Assembly (NCBI GenBank): GCA_030141605.1 | Contig: JAQGDQ010002409.1 | Coordinates: 8,799 to 72,798 of the forward strand | Direction of reading: 5' to 3' | From: Tubiluchus corallicola | Taxonomy: Eukaryota > Animalia > Priapulida | DNA length: 64,000 nt | In this document: piece by piece, positions 10,621-23,653 of the stretch | Layout of the letters: every line of letters starts with the position of its first letter | How positions within the stretch are numbered: the first letter of the stretch is position 1 | Notes under the pieces: generated by a model | What the model was told of the DNA's origin: nothing | Databases searched by the model: none | The model's input: only the letters and a program-made list of their open reading frames with translations | Program-made: the position numbers and the translations under genes

Positions 10621-11634
10621 TTAAGAGTTGGTATTTTTTTCTGTAACTATTTCTTCTATCCATTCAGTATTATCGTTCAAACACTCTACCACATCTAATG
10701 TATTTCCTCCATTAGCAATAAATAACTTTTTATACTCATCCTTTAATTCTATAATTGTCTCTAAGCAATCAACAACAAATGAAGGAGCTAATAATAAAAC
10801 TTTCTTTACTCCTTTTTGCGCCTTTTCAACTAAAATCCTGTCTGTAAAGGGTTGTACCCAGTTTTTCGTCATTCGAGACTGAAAGCATACTGTATAATTT
10901 TTTTGTGGGATGTTTAAAGTTTCTGCAATCAATCGTGCTGTTTCATAGCAAGCAGCCTTATAACAGTATTGAAACTTTGGTTTGTAGTTAGTTTGACATT
11001 CACATTCTACACATTTTTTTTTAGAGTGTAATTTATTGAGATGGCTTGTAGGTAAACTATGAAATGAAAACAAAATATGCTCATATTTATTTACATTGTA
11101 GTTCTTTACATTTTTAGCAATAGCAGTTATAAATTCTTTGTTGTTGAAGAATGAAGAAACAGTTTTCATACTTGGTATTACATTCCATCCTTGTACAATA
11201 GAAAACACCTCTTCCAATACCGTTCCTGTAGTAGCAGAGGCATATTGAGGGAATAATGGGATAACGATAAGTTTCTTACATCCTACTTGTTTTATTTCAT
11301 TTAAAACTCTTCTTATACTAGGTTCACCATACCTCATTGCCAATACTACTTTATGACTACCATTCAATTGTGTTTGTAATGTATCGCACAAGGATTGGCT
11401 GTGATAGAGTAGGGGAGAACCATCTTTTGTCCAAACCCTTCTATATAATTGTACAGACCTTTGTAGCTTAAAGGGAATAATAACAAAATACACCAACAGA
11501 AATCTCAATACACTGGGAATATTTATCACTCTCTTATCATTTAAAAATTGCAATAAATACTTTGCGACATCCGATATTCTTGGGCTACGTGGTGTACCCA
11601 CATTTACCAATAAAACATATTTATCTATTTTCAT
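10621..11634 (-). CDS. hemH: Ferrochelatase
   Basis: LLVNVGTP, GSPLL, AMRYGEP, PLFPQY, SFHSLP, FQSR and FVVDCLET. Confidence 0.93.
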   Translation of the reverse strand: MKIDKYVLLVNVGTPRSPRISDVAKYLLQFLNDKRVINIPSVLRFLLVYFVIIPFKLQRSVQLYRRVWTKDGSPLLYHSQSLCDTLQTQLNGSHKVVLAMRYGEPSIRRVLNEIKQVGCKKLIVIPLFPQYASATTGTVLEEVFSIVQGWNVIPSMKTVSSFFNNKEFITAIAKNVKNYNVNKYEHILFSFHSLPTSHLNKLHSKKKCVECECQTNYKPKFQYCYKAACYETARLIAETLNIPQKNYTVCFQSRMTKNWVQPFTDRILVEKAQKGVKKVLLLAPSFVVDCLETIIELKDEYKKLFIANGGNTLDVVECLNDNTEWIEEIVTEKNTNS

Positions 11635-11743
11635 TAGTAGTATTTTCTATTAAAAAAAGCCCTAAATATAAAATATAAAATTAAATATATGCTATATTTG
11701 TAGTTACTTATAGTTTTAGTTTTCTTTTATGAAATAAAAAACT

Positions 11744-12339
11744 ATGCACACAACCGAAAGAGCTTTTGATACTGAAAAAGCTAATAATTTCGTTTTTCAA
11801 CCTTGTTTATCTTCTTATTTGCAAATTTCCAAAATTATTTTAGGAAGTGGATATGGTGTAGAAATAATAGCCCCAAAAGTAGATAAATTTAAAATTGAAT
11901 CACAAACTCAGTTTACTAATGTAGAGTATATTACTCAAAAAGTTCCTCCATTAAAAAATTATCCCAATAAAAAAATGTCACTTATACGTAATCCTTGGCA
12001 TGTAAAAGAATACACCCAAACAGAATTAGAAAAATTACTTTTTTTGTATTTTTTTCGATAAAGAAAATGGGAATATTTGGTAACAATAAGGTAGTGGCAT
12101 ATTATGAAGAAAATAAAAAAACAGTGAAAAAATTTACTCGTTTTGATATTTTTAACTTACAATATAAACTCCCAAGACAAGCATTGCAAGCTCCTTATAA
12201 TATTTTAAACCATTTTAACAGAAGAAAACTGCTAAATCAAAATAGCAAATTGGTAGAAAGTATAGCTACTAAAGACTTTCTTCTAAAACCAGTTACTGAT
12301 AATTGCTTAGACCTATTTTACATAGTAACTAAGCCATAG
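11744..12339 (+). pseudogene. Decayed class I SAM-dependent methyltransferase
   Basis: The N-terminus (TTER...NFVFQ...GSGYGVEIIAP) and C-terminus (SLIRNPWHVKEYT; GNNKVVAYYEENK...FDIFNLQY) resemble a Bacteroidota methyltransferase family. The LEIG part of the SAM motif and the central FQVIEH...LKPGG block are missing, and there is a frameshift in the T-runs at about 12039-12056. Confidence 0.7.
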
Positions 12340-12348
12340 GACAACAAT

Positions 12349-12555
12349 ATGCAAATAAGTATTAATGGAAAACAAGAGCAAGTAAGTAGTAGAGTGAACA
12401 GTATAACTCAACTCCTACAATACAAAAGCATAAACCAACAAAAAGGAGTAGTTGTTCTTGTTAATGAACAGGTAATAAAAAAAGAAAACTGGACAACTCA
12501 AACCATACAAAAAAATGATACAATAGAAATTCTAAAATTTGTGGGAGGAGGATAA
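12349..12555 (+). CDS. thiS: Sulfur carrier protein ThiS
   Basis: 68 aa, MQISING...IEILKFVGGG with C-terminal GG; adjacent to thiG. Confidence 0.92.
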   Translation: MQISINGKQEQVSSRVNSITQLLQYKSINQQKGVVVLVNEQVIKKENWTTQTIQKNDTIEILKFVGGG

Positions 12556-12586
12556 TATTTCTGCCTTCCAAAACTTCTTTTGATTT

Positions 12587-13354
12587 ATGACATTTAAGTT
12601 AGGAAAAAAAACATTCAACAGTCATCTTATTACAGGTACAGGCAAATTTTCTCACAAAGCTCTTATTAAGCCTATGTTAGAAGCTAGCGGCTCAGAAATG
12701 ATAACCGTAGCATTACGTCGTATAGATCCTTCCATAGAAGAAGAAAACATACTCAATTATATACCCAGTCATATTACATTATTGCCCAATACATCAGGAG
12801 CAAGAAATGCCCAAGAAGCGATTAAAATAGCTTCCATAGCACGTGAAGCTGGTTATGGTGATTTTATCAAAATAGAGGTAATCAATGATATGAAATATTT
12901 GATGCCCGACAATCAAGAAACTATTAAAGCTACACAAGTACTTGCCAAAGAAGGCTTTACCGTACTACCTTATATGATGCCTGATCTTATTGCTGCTAAA
13001 AAATTGGTAGAGGTAGGAGCTGCAGCAGTGATGCCGCTTGGCTCGCCCATAGGCTCAAATCAAGGGTTGAAAATGAAATATATGATACAGATGCTGATAG
13101 ATAATATAGACCTTCCCATTATAGTAGATGCAGGTATTGGTAAGCCATCAGAAGCTTGCCAAGCAATGGAAATGGGAGCTGACGCAGTGTTGATTAATAC
13201 TGCCATAGCAACTGCCAGCGACCCTGTGAAAATAGGAAAGGCTTTTTCTCTTGCGGTAAAAGCAGGTAGAACATCTTATCTTACAGGTTTAGCAGAACAA
13301 AACATAACAGCACAGGCCTCATCGCCACTTACAGGGTTTCTTTTTGAAAAATAG
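12587..13354 (+). CDS. thiG: Thiazole synthase
   Basis: [38 protein letters not shown] and ASSPLTGFL. Confidence 0.96.
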   Translation: MTFKLGKKTFNSHLITGTGKFSHKALIKPMLEASGSEMITVALRRIDPSIEEENILNYIPSHITLLPNTSGARNAQEAIKIASIAREAGYGDFIKIEVINDMKYLMPDNQETIKATQVLAKEGFTVLPYMMPDLIAAKKLVEVGAAAVMPLGSPIGSNQGLKMKYMIQMLIDNIDLPIIVDAGIGKPSEACQAMEMGADAVLINTAIATASDPVKIGKAFSLAVKAGRTSYLTGLAEQNITAQASSPLTGFLFEK

Positions 13355-13466
13355 AGCCTATGGCATTTTTCGTAACCCTTTGTCTCTAAAAAGTAAAAAG
13401 CATAAAAAACACTTATTTATAAAAAGACAATCACCAAATTTATGTATTGTTACCAATAAAAAAATA

Positions 13467-13474
13467 TAAATTTG
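13467..13474 (+). promoter_or_regulatory. -7 promoter element for ligA
   Basis: TAAATTTG 27 bp upstream of the ATG. Confidence 0.6.
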
Positions 13475-13483
13475 CGTGTTTGA

Positions 13484-15520
<2,037 letters not shown>

Positions 15521-15527
15521 GGATTAT

Positions 15528-16127
15528 TTAAGAAATCAACTTTAATAACTCTGAACGTTTTTTTACTTCTAAAAATTCTCCTGAAAAAGCAAAGGTTCTT
15601 GTTGTAGAACTTTGTTTTTGTACGCCTCTCATACACATACACAAATGCTGTGCTTCTATTACTATTGCTGTTCCCTTAGGCTGTAAAGAATTTTCTACAC
15701 AATCGCGTATTTCATAGGTCATACGTTCCTGCACCTGCAGCCTACGAGCAAAAGCATTAACCATACGAGCAACCTTGCTTAAACCTACTATATTATTATT
15801 ATTAGGAATGTACGCTACGTGGGCTTTACCCATAAAAGGCAACATATGATGCTCGCACAGTGAATAAAATTCAATGTCTTTCACTAATATCATATCTTGA
15901 TAATCTTCCTTAAATAAGGCTGATTTCATCAATGCTTCTGGATCTATTTTATAGCCTGCGGTAAGAAACTGTATAGCCTTAGCCACGCGCTCAGGAGTTT
16001 TTTGTAAACCTTCTCTATTTATATCTTCTCCTAATTCTTTTATAATATTTTTGTACAATGAAGCTAGGTTTTGAGTTGTTTTCTCGTTAGCATAACTTTC
16101 ACTGTTGTAATCGTAGTCTCCATTCAT
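15528..16127 (-). CDS. folE: GTP cyclohydrolase I
   Basis: [32 protein letters not shown] and HLCMCMRG. Confidence 0.97.
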   Translation of the reverse strand: MNGDYDYNSESYANEKTTQNLASLYKNIIKELGEDINREGLQKTPERVAKAIQFLTAGYKIDPEALMKSALFKEDYQDMILVKDIEFYSLCEHHMLPFMGKAHVAYIPNNNNIVGLSKVARMVNAFARRLQVQERMTYEIRDCVENSLQPKGTAIVIEAQHLCMCMRGVQKQSSTTRTFAFSGEFLEVKKRSELLKLIS

Positions 16128-16162
16128 TTCTACTGCTAGTTGTTAATTATAATTTTAAGATG

Positions 16163-16170
16163 CAAAGATA
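16163..16170 (-). promoter_or_regulatory. -7 promoter element for folE
   Basis: TATCTTTG on the minus strand upstream of the ATG. Confidence 0.55.
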
Positions 16171-16302
16171 ATAAATACCAAGTGTATTTTTGTAACAAAT
16201 ATATAAAACACTATTAATTTTTTAGCTTGAGACAGAAGTCGTTTTACAGGTCAGAAAATGATAGTTAAATGAAACAAAAGTATATTATTGCTATCTATTA
16301 TC

Positions 16303-16310
16303 TATCTTTG
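16303..16310 (+). promoter_or_regulatory. -7 promoter element for znuA
   Basis: TATCTTTG, which implies the true start is ATG 16342 rather than TTG 16288. Confidence 0.55.
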
Positions 16311-16341
16311 TGAAACAAATAATGCTTTTACGTACGGAACA

Positions 16342-17202
16342 ATGTTGAAAAAACATACTGTAATATTTATTCTACTGTTACAATTATTGGCTTGCAAAAA
16401 TAATATACAAGATACTAACAGCAAGCCTACTTTATGTGTAAGCATTTTACCTCAAAAGTATTTTGTAGAGAAAATAGCGGGGGATAAGTTTAATATTGAA
16501 GTTTTAATTCCTGAAGGTTTATCTCCTGCTATTTATGAGCCTACTCCTAAACAAATATTTTCATTGAGTCAGGCTAAATACTATTTTACTGTGGGGCATT
16601 TGCCTTTTGAGAATATGTGGATGGATAAAATAATTGGAGCTAATCCTCAAATCAAAGTATTCAAAAATTCACAGGGTATCCTTTTTTTGGAGGAAAAAAA
16701 CGACCAGCACCACCATCTTAATCCACACGTGTGGCTCTCACCTAGAAATGTGCAAATAATGGCAAAAAATATAACAAATATTTTGATAGAATTGCAGCCT
16801 GAAAATAGAACCCTGTTTGAAAAAAACTACAATATTTTTCTTGCAGAATTAAAAGCTTTAGACTATAAACTGAGCAATAGACTGTCTGTTCTGATTAACA
16901 AAAAATTTATTATTTTGCATCCTTTTCTTTCTTACTTTGCAAGGGACTATGGTTTAACCGAAATACCTTTTGAAATAGATGGAAAGGAAACAACGCTCGC
17001 AAGCATTCAAAATATTATAGATAGAGCTCGTGAAGAGAATGTTCGACTGGTATTAATACAACAGCAGTTGCCGCAGCATTATACTCGCGTAATAACTAAA
17101 GAGATTGAAGGAACAATAGTGTTTTTTGACCCTTTGGCTTATAACTGGATAGAAAACATTGAACATTTGTTAGGTATATTTGAGGGAAAAGCTTTAAATT
17201 AG
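16342..17202 (+). CDS. znuA: Zn/Mn ABC transporter substrate-binding lipoprotein
   Basis: Lipobox LLAC, VSILPQKYFVEKI, YEPTP, HHHLNPHVWLSP and HPFLSYFARDYGL. Confidence 0.88.
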   Translation: MLKKHTVIFILLLQLLACKNNIQDTNSKPTLCVSILPQKYFVEKIAGDKFNIEVLIPEGLSPAIYEPTPKQIFSLSQAKYYFTVGHLPFENMWMDKIIGANPQIKVFKNSQGILFLEEKNDQHHHLNPHVWLSPRNVQIMAKNITNILIELQPENRTLFEKNYNIFLAELKALDYKLSNRLSVLINKKFIILHPFLSYFARDYGLTEIPFEIDGKETTLASIQNIIDRAREENVRLVLIQQQLPQHYTRVITKEIEGTIVFFDPLAYNWIENIEHLLGIFEGKALN

Positions 17203-17233
17203 CAATAAATGCTATTGCCTGCCAAAATAGATT

Positions 17234-17977
17234 ATGAGTAAAATACTTGAAATAAGCTCACTTACTGCTACTTATGACCATAAAACCGTACTAGAAGATA
17301 TTAATCTAACAGTATATGACAATGACTTTATAGGTATTATAGGACCCAATGGAGGAGGTAAAACTACTTTGCTTAAAGTAATACTAAAACTACTAAAACC
17401 TACACGAGGCAAAATCAGGCTTTATCTCGACAACAAGAAACCTTCTATAGGTTACCTACCTCAATTTTCTCCTACTGACAAGTTGTTTCCCATATCAGTA
17501 AAAGACGTAGTACTGTCAGGATTAATGTCTCAAAAAGGAATATTTGGTAGATACACTCAAAAAGAGAAAAACAAAGCAGATGAGTTGATGCACAAAACAA
17601 ATATATATGACCTACGCAATGTGCTTGTAGGTGAATTGTCAGGTGGGCAAATGCAACGTGCATATCTTTGCAGAGCTATCATTTCTTCCCCTTGTCTGTT
17701 GCTACTTGATGAGCCTAGTACCTATATAGACTCTGCTTTCGAGCAAAACCTTTTTGTCCTGCTCAAACAAATGAATAAAAAGATGGCTATTCTTATGGTG
17801 TCTCACGATGTAGGCACTATATCCTCCTATGTGAAAACGATAGCTTGCGTGAACAAACACTTACATTACCATCCGTCTAACAGTATTACACAAGAACAGT
17901 TAGATGGGTATAACTGTCCCATACAGTTAGTTACCCACGGAGATGTACCTCATACGGTACTTAAAAAACATAAATAG
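17234..17977 (+). CDS. znuC: Zn/Mn ABC transporter ATP-binding protein
   Basis: GPNGGGKT, LSGGQ, LLDEP, VSHD and C-terminal CPIQLVTHG. Confidence 0.9.
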   Translation: MSKILEISSLTATYDHKTVLEDINLTVYDNDFIGIIGPNGGGKTTLLKVILKLLKPTRGKIRLYLDNKKPSIGYLPQFSPTDKLFPISVKDVVLSGLMSQKGIFGRYTQKEKNKADELMHKTNIYDLRNVLVGELSGGQMQRAYLCRAIISSPCLLLLDEPSTYIDSAFEQNLFVLLKQMNKKMAILMVSHDVGTISSYVKTIACVNKHLHYHPSNSITQEQLDGYNCPIQLVTHGDVPHTVLKKHK

Positions 17978-18047
17978 ATGTAGTTATTGTCAATTTTATT
18001 TCATTTAACTAAATTTGTGGTTTCTTATGTTTTACTTTAAATAAGAT

Positions 18048-18419
18048 ATGAAACATATTGCTTTTTTATTAGTAGTATTCTTGTGTTGTAATTTGTTTTC
18101 GCAAGAAGGTTCTGACTTGAAAACTTATTATATGGTTTTTTTGTATAAAGGGGAAAGGTATAAAAGAGAGCAGAACTTAGAACAAGATTCATTGAATATA
18201 GGGCATCGCGAATATTTTATGGAGTTGGTTAGTGATGGAAAGATTGCTATAGCAGGAACTTTTTTAGAAGATAGCTTGCTGATAGGTAATTACATTTTTG
18301 ATGTAGAAACACGAGAAGAAGTAGAAAAATATATGAAAAATGACCCTAAGATACAAGAAAAAATTATTTACTATAAAATATACCCTTGGATTTCTGTAAA
18401 GAATTCAAAACTGCCATAA
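18048..18419 (+). CDS. Secreted YciI-like protein
   Basis: Signal peptide; YYMVFLYKG...H..Y...L...GKIAIAG.F...DP...YPW pattern. Confidence 0.7.
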   Translation: MKHIAFLLVVFLCCNLFSQEGSDLKTYYMVFLYKGERYKREQNLEQDSLNIGHREYFMELVSDGKIAIAGTFLEDSLLIGNYIFDVETREEVEKYMKNDPKIQEKIIYYKIYPWISVKNSKLP

Positions 18420-18447
18420 TTTTAATACAAAGTATTTACAAAGACTT

Positions 18448-19650
18448 ATGAAAAAACAATTATTTACGGTTTTTCTCTTTTTTCTTTTTGTTCAATGTAA
18501 GATCTATGCCATAAATCTGTCTGAAAGATCACAAGTAAGCATTATTACTTGTGGACAAGGGGAGGAACTATATTCTGTATTTGGCCATAGCGCTATTAGA
18601 GTTTTTGATTCTGCTAATGCTTATGATGTTGTTTTTAATTATGGGACTTTTAGTTTTCACACATCTAACTTTTATTTGAAATTTGTAAAGGGAGAGTTAG
18701 ACTATTACTTATCAATAGAGAGTTATAAAAATTTTATTAATCATTATAGGCTTACAAATCGTAGTGTTGTAGAACAGGTATTAGACTTATCTTTAAATGA
18801 GAAACAAGTTCTTTTAGATGCTTTAATGATAAATTATGAGGAACAAAATAGATATTATCGTTATAACTTTCTGTATGACAATTGTGCTGTACGTATAAGA
18901 GATTTATTTTTAACGGTTTTTAATGATAGTATAGATTTTAATTATAATAGGGTAGAAGAGAAGGAGTCATTTAGAGAGATGGTGCATTATTATTTATCAA
19001 CAAGTCCTTGGAGTAAATTTGGAATAGACTTAGTGTTGGGCAGGTTGTTCGATATGCGTGCTAAGGCGGATGAATTCTGCTTTTTACCTGATTATTTATA
19101 TGGGGACTTTCAAAGAGCATATAAACTAAATGATACAATTACAAAACCTTTAGTGATTGAAACCCAAGAAGTGCTTGAAGAAAAAGAACTGCTTTATTTT
19201 TCCTATTGGTATGAAAATCCTTTGACAATATTTTGGAGTTTATTTGTGCTTGTATTTTTATTATCTATTATATATGGTAGAAAAGCAAATCTATTATTTA
19301 GAGTAATAGATTTTCTTATTCTTTTTAAGACAGGAGCCATTGGTGGGTTAATTATTTTCCTTTGGTTTTTTTCAGACCATCCAGTAGTGGCAAGCAACTT
19401 TAATATATTATGGGCATTACCTACCAATATTATTGCTGCCTTTTTTATCTTGTTTAGATATCATAAAGTGAAAAGCTATTGCAAGGTGATAATTATTTTT
19501 TCTCTTGTTCCTTTAATTTTATTTAAGTGGTTACCACAAGATCTAAACCTAAGTATTATCCCCATAATAATGATGGTAATAACAAGAGCTTTTTTCATAA
19601 TTAGGGTGAAAGAAATAAGCAAAAAACATAAGAGAATAGCAAAACTATAA
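18448..19650 (+). CDS. DUF4105 membrane protein (Lnb-like lipoprotein N-acyltransferase candidate)
   Basis: ITCGQG, FGHSAIR, FNYGTF and YRYNFLYDNC, followed by about 5 TM helices; architecture of the Bacteroidota DUF4105/Lnb family. Confidence 0.8.
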   Translation: MKKQLFTVFLFFLFVQCKIYAINLSERSQVSIITCGQGEELYSVFGHSAIRVFDSANAYDVVFNYGTFSFHTSNFYLKFVKGELDYYLSIESYKNFINHYRLTNRSVVEQVLDLSLNEKQVLLDALMINYEEQNRYYRYNFLYDNCAVRIRDLFLTVFNDSIDFNYNRVEEKESFREMVHYYLSTSPWSKFGIDLVLGRLFDMRAKADEFCFLPDYLYGDFQRAYKLNDTITKPLVIETQEVLEEKELLYFSYWYENPLTIFWSLFVLVFLLSIIYGRKANLLFRVIDFLILFKTGAIGGLIIFLWFFSDHPVVASNFNILWALPTNIIAAFFILFRYHKVKSYCKVIIIFSLVPLILFKWLPQDLNLSIIPIIMMVITRAFFIIRVKEISKKHKRIAKL

Positions 19651-19727
19651 AATACAGAAGCAACAAGTTTTCATTACGATTATGCTAGATTTTCACCAAC
19701 TTGTTCGCTCACTAAGTTTCTGCTTAA

Positions 19728-19755
19728 TTGTCTTATAATTTATATTATGTTAAAT
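19728..19755 (+). other. XerC/XerD dif recombination site
   Basis: TTGTCTTATAA-TTTATA-TTATGTTAAAT. The XerD arm is identical to the E. coli dif arm, the spacer is 6 bp, the XerC arm keeps the inner ATAA, and the site is intergenic between convergent genes. Confidence 0.82.
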
Positions 19756-19764
19756 AGCTATTTT

Positions 19765-19807
19765 AAACAAATAGGGATTTTAATAATCCCCTATTTGTTT
19801 TTTTTTA
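19765..19807. terminator. Bidirectional intrinsic terminator
   Basis: AAACAAATAGGGATT...AATCCCCTATTTGTTT (one bulge) followed by a long T run, between the convergent DUF4105 and TPR genes. Confidence 0.75.
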
Positions 19808-19816
19808 TCTTAAAAA

Positions 19817-21001
19817 TTATTCTTTCAGCTTTTCCAGCTTTTCTTCCATAGCTTTATGCTTATCCATTAAGGTTTCATCAGAGTTTCTAAACTTAAAATA
19901 TAATTCTTTCAACACTTGTATAGTAGTCCTCTCTGTTGGGTTTAATTCATGAGCTTTTTCAAACAAAGGAATTACATCATTTAAATACCTTTTTATAATT
20001 TTATTATACTCTGGATTAAATTTTTTAGGATCTACAATTTCATTTATCTCTTTGTTTTTTTCTTCTGCCTTTTTCAATTTTATTACAGCTAAATTGTACT
20101 GAGCATTGAAATATGTTGGTTCTATAGACAATGTTTTTTTATACAATTCTATGGCTTTTTCTGTTTCTCCTTTTTGATCCATCAAAGTTCCTTTTACGAA
20201 ATACAGTGATGGATTATTAGGATCATTTTCTATAGCAGCATTAAGATTTTTCAAAGCTTCATCTGCCTTGTCCAACTGTAAATAAAAATTGATAAGTTCG
20301 ATAGTAACCGTATTATTATTGGGAAAACTCTTATATGCTTTTTCTAAAGTAGCCAAAGCATTAGCGGTATCTTTTTCTGCTAAGTATGCCTCTTTTAAAA
20401 TCAAAAAAGTATTGTATTCTCCATATTTATATTCAGAAGCCACTGTAAGATAGGTAATTACATCTTTCATTTCTTTTGCATTGTAGGCAACTAACCCTGT
20501 ATTGTAATACAGAGATGTATCTATAGGCTCTCCTTTTTTTGCTTCTTTTATTACTGGAATTTCATTTATTTCAAGGGCAACCTTAAAAGATGAAAGTGAA
20601 TTTTTAAATCTTCTTTCTCCAAACTTCTTTGAAGCATCAACGGTGAAATCATCTTGTAATAATAACAAGGCATCTTTAATTTGTTTATTATATTTTCCTT
20701 TTTCGTCCAACTCCAAAGCCCTTAAATAACCTTTATAAGCCTTTTGTAAAGGTTTTTTATCTAATTTATTGAAGGCTTCTATTGGGCTTTCAAATATTCC
20801 ACGATACACATCTCCATATACTTTCCACGCCTTTGGCAAATCTTTGCTTTTTTCGTGTTCTACAGCTTCATCAATAGCTTTTTTAGCTTGGTCTATTTTG
20901 CCATTGGTCAACGAAGCACCAGCAACATTCACTTTGCTTTTCTGAGCAGATACTATTAAAGAATGGGATAAGACAACTAAAATTACAAGTATTTTTTTCA
21001 T
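19817..21001 (-). CDS. Secreted TPR protein (gyrA-linked)
   Basis: Signal peptide and multiple TPR repeats; the position downstream of gyrA is common in Bacteroidota. Confidence 0.85.
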   Translation of the reverse strand: MKKILVILVVLSHSLIVSAQKSKVNVAGASLTNGKIDQAKKAIDEAVEHEKSKDLPKAWKVYGDVYRGIFESPIEAFNKLDKKPLQKAYKGYLRALELDEKGKYNKQIKDALLLLQDDFTVDASKKFGERRFKNSLSSFKVALEINEIPVIKEAKKGEPIDTSLYYNTGLVAYNAKEMKDVITYLTVASEYKYGEYNTFLILKEAYLAEKDTANALATLEKAYKSFPNNNTVTIELINFYLQLDKADEALKNLNAAIENDPNNPSLYFVKGTLMDQKGETEKAIELYKKTLSIEPTYFNAQYNLAVIKLKKAEEKNKEINEIVDPKKFNPEYNKIIKRYLNDVIPLFEKAHELNPTERTTIQVLKELYFKFRNSDETLMDKHKAMEEKLEKLKE

Positions 21002-21087
21002 TTCAATTAAACTATTTATTTTACTTTTACAACTTTACAAAGATACAAAATATTATTTTTTTACTATTATTTTTCAGGTAACAAAAA

Positions 21088-23592
21088 TTATTCATTTTCT
21101 TCCTGCTCCTGATTGTTTGTTTCTTTATTTTTACTTTCTTCTTCCTTATAAGCATCTACCTTAGTGATGGAAGCTATCTGGTCTTTTTTCTTAGAAAGGT
21201 CTATCAGCCTTACGCCTTGAGCAGCCCTGCCTATCACTCTCATATTTGCAACAGATAATCTTATAGTAATGCCTGATTTGTTGATTATCATCAAGTCATT
21301 TTCATCTGTAACATTCTTTAAACCTATCAATTTTCCTGTCTTTTCGGTAATATTCATTGTTTTTATCCCTTTCCCTCCCCTATTTGTTTCGCGATAATCT
21401 TCTAATTTCGAGCGTTTTCCGTATCCATTTTCAGACACTACCAATATGTTGTCTTCTTTACTCTTTACACATATCATACCTACCACTTCTTCATCAGGCA
21501 AAGCAGTAAGTGTGATACCTCTTACCCCAGTAGCTGTTCGTCCCATTGTTCGCACTCTATTCTCATTAAATCTGATAGCTCTACCTGACCTTATTGCCAT
21601 CAATATTTCAGTTTCGCCATTAGTCAACCTAGCTTCAAACAATTGGTCATCTTCACGTATGCTGATAGCATTTACTCCATTCTGTCGCGGGCGAGAGTAA
21701 GCCTCCAGCGAAGTTTTTTTAATAATACCTTTCTTGGTACAAAATACAATATAATGACTTTGGATAAATTCCTTATCATCTAACTCCTTCACTCTTATAT
21801 AAGCTTTTACCTTATCGTTAGGTTCTATATTAAGTACATTTTGTATTGCCCTTCCCTTTGAGTTTTTCCCTCCTTCTGGTATTTCATACACTTTCAACCA
21901 AAAGCACCTGCCTTTTTCAGTGAAAAACAACATAGTGCTATGCATAGATGCAGGATAGATATGTTCAATAAAATCTTCATTTCGTGTAATGCTTCCTTTT
22001 GAGCCTACCCCACCCCTATTTTGAGTTCTAAACTCATTAAGCGGTGTTCTTTTTATATAGCCTAAATGCGATATAGTAATAACCATATCTTCGTCAGCAT
22101 AAAAATCTTCAGGGTTAAACTCCTCTGAAGCATAAATTATATCTGTATTTCTTTTATCGCCAAACTTTTCTTTTACTTCCAACAATTCTTCTGTAATAAT
22201 ATTCATTCTTAAACCAATATTATTCAGAATTTCTTTTAAATATGCGATAAGTTCTTGTAAATCTTTATAATCTTGTTGTAATTTTTCACGCTCTAAACCT
22301 GTCAACTTTTGCAGTCTCATATCCAAGATGGCTTTAGCCTGAATTTCTGACAAGTCAAATTTATTTATTAAGCCTTCCTTCGCAATATCAGGTGTTTCTG
22401 ATGCACGTATAAGAGCAATTACCTCATCCAGATTGTCAATAGCAATTAGCAATCCTTCCAAAATATGGGCTTTCTCTTCTGTCCTGTTCAATTCATATTT
22501 TGTGCGACGTATAACTACTTCGTGCCTATGCTCTACAAAATTAAGGATTAAATCCTTCAAATTGAGAAGTTTTGGACTTCCCTTGACCAAAGCAATATTA
22601 TTGACATTAAATGTATTTTGTAACTGTGTGAATTTGAACAATTTATTAAGAACCACATTGGCAATAGCATCTCTTTTAAGATCAATGACTATGCGCATTC
22701 CGTTCCTATCCGATTCATCATTTACGTTAGAGATACCTTCAATCTTTTTCTCATTGATAAGTTCAGCTATTTTTATAATAAGCTCTGCCTTGTTTACAAG
22801 ATAAGGTATTTCTGTTACAATTATCTTTTCTCTACCAGTTGAAGAAGTCTCTATATTTGTTTTAGCTCTTAGTACTACCCTACCCCGCCCTGTGCGGTAA
22901 GCTTCTTGCACTCCTTGATAGCCATAGATAGTACCGCCCGTAGGAAAATCAGGAGCTACAACTATTTTTATAAGCTCTTCAATATCAACATCATTATCAT
23001 TAATATAGGCAATAGTAGCATCTATGACCTGTGAAAGATTGTGTGGAGGCATATTAGTTGCCATTCCTACGGCAATTCCGGATGCTCCATTTACAAGCAA
23101 GTTAGGTATTCTGGTAGGCAATACAGTAGGTTCCTTTATAGTATCATCAAAATTGAGCTGGAAATCCACCGTATCCTTATCCAAATCAGAAAGCGTAGTT
23201 TCTGCTATCTTCTTCAACCTTGCTTCTGTGTAACGCATAGCAGCTGGGCTATCGCCATCTATTGAGCCAAAATTGCCTTGTCCATCTACCAATGGATAAC
23301 GAAGCGACCATTCTTGAGCCATACGTACCATTGCAAAATATACAGAACTATCTCCATGTGGGTGATACTTACCCAACACCTCCCCTACTATTCTGGCAGA
23401 TTTTTTATAAGGCTTGCTAGGAGCTAAACCCAATTCATTCATTCCAAATAATACACGACGATGAACAGGCTTTAAACCATCTCTTACATCTGGTAAGGCT
23501 CTCGAAACAATTACTGACATTGAATAATCAATGTAAGCAGTTTTCATTTCGTTTTCAATATTAATCTTTATAATGTTCTCTCCGTCTGACAT
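21088..23592 (-). CDS. gyrA: DNA gyrase subunit A
   Basis: [37 protein letters not shown], GyrA box QNRGGVG and pinwheel repeats. Confidence 0.99.
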   Translation of the reverse strand: MSDGENIIKINIENEMKTAYIDYSMSVIVSRALPDVRDGLKPVHRRVLFGMNELGLAPSKPYKKSARIVGEVLGKYHPHGDSSVYFAMVRMAQEWSLRYPLVDGQGNFGSIDGDSPAAMRYTEARLKKIAETTLSDLDKDTVDFQLNFDDTIKEPTVLPTRIPNLLVNGASGIAVGMATNMPPHNLSQVIDATIAYINDNDVDIEELIKIVVAPDFPTGGTIYGYQGVQEAYRTGRGRVVLRAKTNIETSSTGREKIIVTEIPYLVNKAELIIKIAELINEKKIEGISNVNDESDRNGMRIVIDLKRDAIANVVLNKLFKFTQLQNTFNVNNIALVKGSPKLLNLKDLILNFVEHRHEVVIRRTKYELNRTEEKAHILEGLLIAIDNLDEVIALIRASETPDIAKEGLINKFDLSEIQAKAILDMRLQKLTGLEREKLQQDYKDLQELIAYLKEILNNIGLRMNIITEELLEVKEKFGDKRNTDIIYASEEFNPEDFYADEDMVITISHLGYIKRTPLNEFRTQNRGGVGSKGSITRNEDFIEHIYPASMHSTMLFFTEKGRCFWLKVYEIPEGGKNSKGRAIQNVLNIEPNDKVKAYIRVKELDDKEFIQSHYIVFCTKKGIIKKTSLEAYSRPRQNGVNAISIREDDQLFEARLTNGETEILMAIRSGRAIRFNENRVRTMGRTATGVRGITLTALPDEEVVGMICVKSKEDNILVVSENGYGKRSKLEDYRETNRGGKGIKTMNITEKTGKLIGLKNVTDENDLMIINKSGITIRLSVANMRVIGRAAQGVRLIDLSKKKDQIASITKVDAYKEEESKNKETNNQEQEENE

Positions 23593-23645
23593 TTGTATTA
23601 TGCTATTTTGAATGAAAATTTGCGTTAACGTTAATAAACCAAATG

Positions 23646-23653
23646 CAAAAATA
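23646..23653 (-). promoter_or_regulatory. -7 promoter element for gyrA
   Basis: TATTTTTG on the minus strand. Confidence 0.5.
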
